From: Eledone cirrhosa
Taxonomy: Eukaryota
Reading direction: 5' to 3'
Assembly: GCA_964016885.1 (NCBI GenBank)
Contig: OZ024751.1
Coordinates: forward strand, 32,736,001 to 32,800,000
Length of the DNA: 64,000 nucleotides
Positions within the stretch are counted from its first letter, which is position 1. Each line of letters opens with the position of its first letter. A program made the translations under genes and the position numbers. The notes below the pieces were generated by a model. That model was given only the letters and a program-made list of their open reading frames with translations. It was not told where the DNA came from and did no database searches. Shown in pieces: positions 61,540 to 64,000 of this stretch.

Positions 61540-64000
61540 TATATGTGTGTATGTATATATATGTATGTATATATTTGTCCTGGGTATGACATTAAACTAC
61601 ATCCAGTGGCAAGGCTCAAGTTCAGGAGGAACTGTGGGGAACATGGAGTTACCCCCTTAGTTGTCATAACTCCCAGGTCTGCTCTGGCCTGGTGTAGTAG
61701 TACCTGTTGGGGCCCCATTTATAGGTTAAATAATAAGATGACAGATCGGCGTACCCTATCAAAGGCCTTCTCTAGGTCAACAAAGGCTAAGTATAGTGGC
61801 TTATTTTTCTCTAAGAACCTCTCTTGTAATTGTCTCATCAAGAAGAGGGCATCTGTTGTACTATTCCCAGGCACAAAACCAAACTGCATCTCATCTAGTT
61901 TGACCCTTTCTCTAATTAGTTGTGCTAATATCCTTTCTGCCACTTTCATAACCTGATCCATCAGTTTTATATCCCTATAATTTCTCCTCTCAAGAGCGTC
62001 CCCTTTACTTTTGCACTAGTCTTTGGGTATGACACTGCCATATATAGCCTGATTGATGATGTGTGCAACCAGTTTAGTGCCTACGTCCCCTGAGGCCTTC
62101 AGCATCTCAGCAACTATCTCCGATGGTCCAGCAGCCTCACCATTTTTCATTTCCTTAATCGCCTCTTGGACCCTATATTCGTTAATCTCAATTTTAAATG
62201 GACCTCTTGATAAGACGAAATGACCTGTATAATTTTTTTTTCATATTTAGATGGAATAGAAGAAAAAGAAGAGAAATGAAAGCAATGAAATTAAGTTTTA
62301 GAGAAAATATACGCCAACGACAATGGAGGTATGATTTCAGTTTAATCTTAACCTAATGACCACTTTACAGAGTGTACTGGGTGTGTCTTACCTCGCTATG
62401 TTTACTGTAAACCCTAGATAACGAATGCCTTGTTGAGTGTTGTGAATTGTGAACGTGAGGTTGTGTTGTGGGGTTGCTTGGTGAGTTTGCATTATGATGT
62501 AGCTTTGTGAGGCTTTGTTGTGAATTGATAAATATTTGAAAACACACCTCTGTCCCTCAACAGTCAGTCAGTCATTTTCTACTAAAACTCATTGATGCGA
62601 GTCCCTAGCATTGTATCTGTAAGTACATTATGACTATTTTCTCTTGGTGGACTTGACATTCAAAGATATTTGTATATATTTTGTTGATGTTGTTTGTTAG
62701 TTAGGAAATTGCTTAAAAGCTACTTTGATCACAGCACTTTGTAAAGGCAACATATGTTTAAGATTCTTTTTTTCTTTTATTTTTGTTATTCAGATGACAG
62801 AGAAGGCAAAGAAAGGCACAGAAGAAAAGAACAATGACGATTATTATTATTATTATTACTATTATTATTTGTTTTATTATAATCAAAATATGCTGTTAGT
62901 TTGCCTGCTATCCCACTACGTGCCTGCTATCGCACTCGATCTTTTGTGTACGTTTTATATAATTTATGCCAGTTCCGTTTCTGCATATCGAACATGGCCA
63001 TTTCCCTGACGGAATAGAGTTTTGTCCTCTTTTCTACTCATCAACACTCATTCGTGACACAAAGTACAGCGGCATCATTGCGGACAGACTTAATCCCGAT
63101 TTGCACTGACACACTGCCTTGCAGTACGGAACAGCGCACGTCGTCGAGCAGCCTCCTTGCATGCTAAGTACACCTGACGTCTAGCTTCTCTCTTAGCGGC
63201 TGTATATTCTTCTCTACTCGCACTAATTTTGCAAGCATTCCATGCTAGTCTTTAGTCTCCAATGGCCCGATCTACCGTGCTGTCCCACCACCATGTCACT
63301 CTCTGTCTGGTTGGAACTCTGATCCAGCCACAAGTTTCATCAGTAACCTGCAGTAAGGTATCGCATAAGAAATTCCAGTTATCATCTATGTTGTACGACT
63401 CTAAATCGTCTTCTTTTTCATCATACACATATTGAAGGGCTTTCCTAAATTTGTATTTTAGTGAGAGCTCTTTTAGCTTCCAGACCTTTCTTTTTTCCAC
63501 ACCTTCCTGTATGTCTCATTCAGTCTCTTGCTTAATGAGATATCACTAACGACTAACCTATGCTGTGGGGTACATTCTTCCCCGGGGTATGCCTTTGTAT
63601 TTGACACCATCTGCCTGTCCCGCTGCCTAACTAGCAAGAAGTCAATCTGGCTTATGTGCTTGCCTGATTTGTAGGTTATTAGGTGGTTGGCAGATTTGTG
63701 TAAGTTAGTGTTGTAGATGGTTAGTGCAATTGCATCGCAAAATTCAAGAAGTTTCACTGCTTCATTTCTTAAGCCGTAAGTGTGCCCAACATGTACCTCG
63801 GTGTAACCATCGTAGAGCTGTCCAACATGACCATTGAAATCCCCTGCTAGCATAACGATGTCTCCGTCCTGTCATTGTGGCTGTTTGTAAAAATTGCTTG
63901 TAAATGCAGAATTTCTTTTCTTTACCTAGCAGCAGTTTCTTGCTCTCAATTAACCCTAAAACTAGCCGTAACGCTAACAGTAACACTAACCGTAACACTA

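Larger units (their letters stand above)
46480..64000. repeat. Tandem array of ~3345 bp composite units, more than 5 copies, running off the window
   Basis: The same ORF recurs at 46554, 49866, 53213, 56558, 59903 and 63252 (periods 3312, 3347, 3345, 3345, 3349). Confidence 0.98.

Overview
Eukaryotic, repeat-saturated DNA with no intact host gene. The (TA)/(TACA) microsatellites, RTE LINEs and tRNA-derived SINEs suggest a mollusc, probably an octopus (inference). There are three zones. (1) ~593-24311: four tandem ~5.9 kb units, each with an internally deleted RTE, a 72-nt hairpin between direct repeats, a tRNA-like element, a decayed CRE-clade (RT + restriction-like endonuclease) retrotransposon, RTE scraps, a SINE and a microsatellite. 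(2) ~24312-46480: nested transposon relics (CR1-like LINE, several RTEs including a near full-length copy with a PHD finger inside the RT, and Helitron-like, CRE, Tigger/pogo, Merlin and Gypsy fragments). (3) ~46480-64000: more than five near-identical ~3345 bp units of mostly minus-strand RTE fragments, each with an inverted RTE pair and a unique spacer carrying plus-strand splice signals. The most striking signal is in one arm of that inverted pair: 13 A>G and no G>A differences in ~92 nt, none after a G, as expected if an ADAR-edited RNA had been reverse-transcribed into the genome. All alignments were done by eye and boundaries are approximate.
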